Assembly: GCA_001949185.1 (NCBI GenBank)
Contig: BDGG01000006.1
Span: 1,284,827-1,348,826, forward strand
Direction: 5' to 3'
Length of the DNA stretch: 64,000 nt
DNA from: Ramazzottius varieornatus
Taxonomy: Eukaryota > Animalia > Tardigrada
Shown: positions 63,472 to 64,000 of the stretch, in pieces
Numbering within the stretch: position 1 is the stretch's first letter
How the letters are laid out: each line of letters starts with the position of its first letter
The notes under the pieces: generated by a model
Told to the model about the DNA's origin: nothing
Databases searched by the model: none
The model's input: the letters and a program-made list of their open reading frames with translations, nothing else
Position numbers and translations under genes: made by a program

Positions 63472-64000
63472 CTAAAATAGTATAGGGGTAAGTGAATTAT
63501 TGCATTGGATATTCAAACGACCTTCTTTGTTCTTTATACGACATTTGGAAGCTCAGCAAAAACCCGACCAGATCGCTTTGCCAAATGGCGCACGCTGTCC
63601 GCATTACTGTAGGGAAACATGCGCCACTTGAAAAAGAGAATCTTGTCCAGTTTCGATATCTCAAGTGGCGCATGTTAACATTGCTAGAAGTTCGCGCGAT
63701 GCAAAGAGCGAAACTAAAGTTATTCATCGAGAACATCTTCTCGAGAGGACTTTCAGATATAGAACATGTAGCTCATACAGCCATGTTATATGGGAGGAGC
63801 CCACAGCCGGACATGGCGAATGGTCAAGACAGAAATGCCATTAAGGGAACCTACGAGGAAGAACACTGTACATAAGGGCGGAAGCTCGTATATATTGATC
63901 AGCCTACGCCATGTCCGCCCATGCTTGAACGAGAAGGACGGCTTATCAACTACCGCATTAACAACTATTGTCATCAACAATAATTTCCTAATTGTTCGAA

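Noticed and set aside
8133-63626. CRISPR-like or integron attC-like reading of the fixed-spacer palindromes
   Set aside because: Copies are dispersed in eukaryotic introns, not arrayed, and no cas or integrase genes are present.

Overview
Compact, intron-rich animal (invertebrate) genomic DNA with mostly short GT-AG introns and two 50-N gaps. The gene style (C-type-lectin contactin, Zasp66-like protein, amidated allatostatin C, type C LGR) suggests an ecdysozoan, possibly a tardigrade; this is inference only. Host genes: relaxin-receptor-like LGR, an Ig single-pass membrane protein, a ~89-aa microprotein, OFD1-like LisH/coiled-coil protein, a 4-TM protein, cathepsin B-like protease, contactin, EFHC (3x DM10), a 3-exon allatostatin-C-family precursor that the ORF track misses, and two divergent Zasp/PDLIM-related genes. 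Decayed genes: BTB-BACK, F-box and Cys/Thr-rich secreted proteins. Many DNA transposons have readable ends and target-site duplications (TSDs): a Sola1-like element with a BED-finger exon and cargo ORFs, a Tc4/Tc5-like element at a CTNAG site, and pogo, mariner and hAT MITEs. The most unusual signal is a dispersed palindrome, TGGCGCA-N27-TGCGCCA, with 12 copies, all in predicted introns, a near-invariant spacer length and a variable spacer centre. All exon models were spliced by hand.
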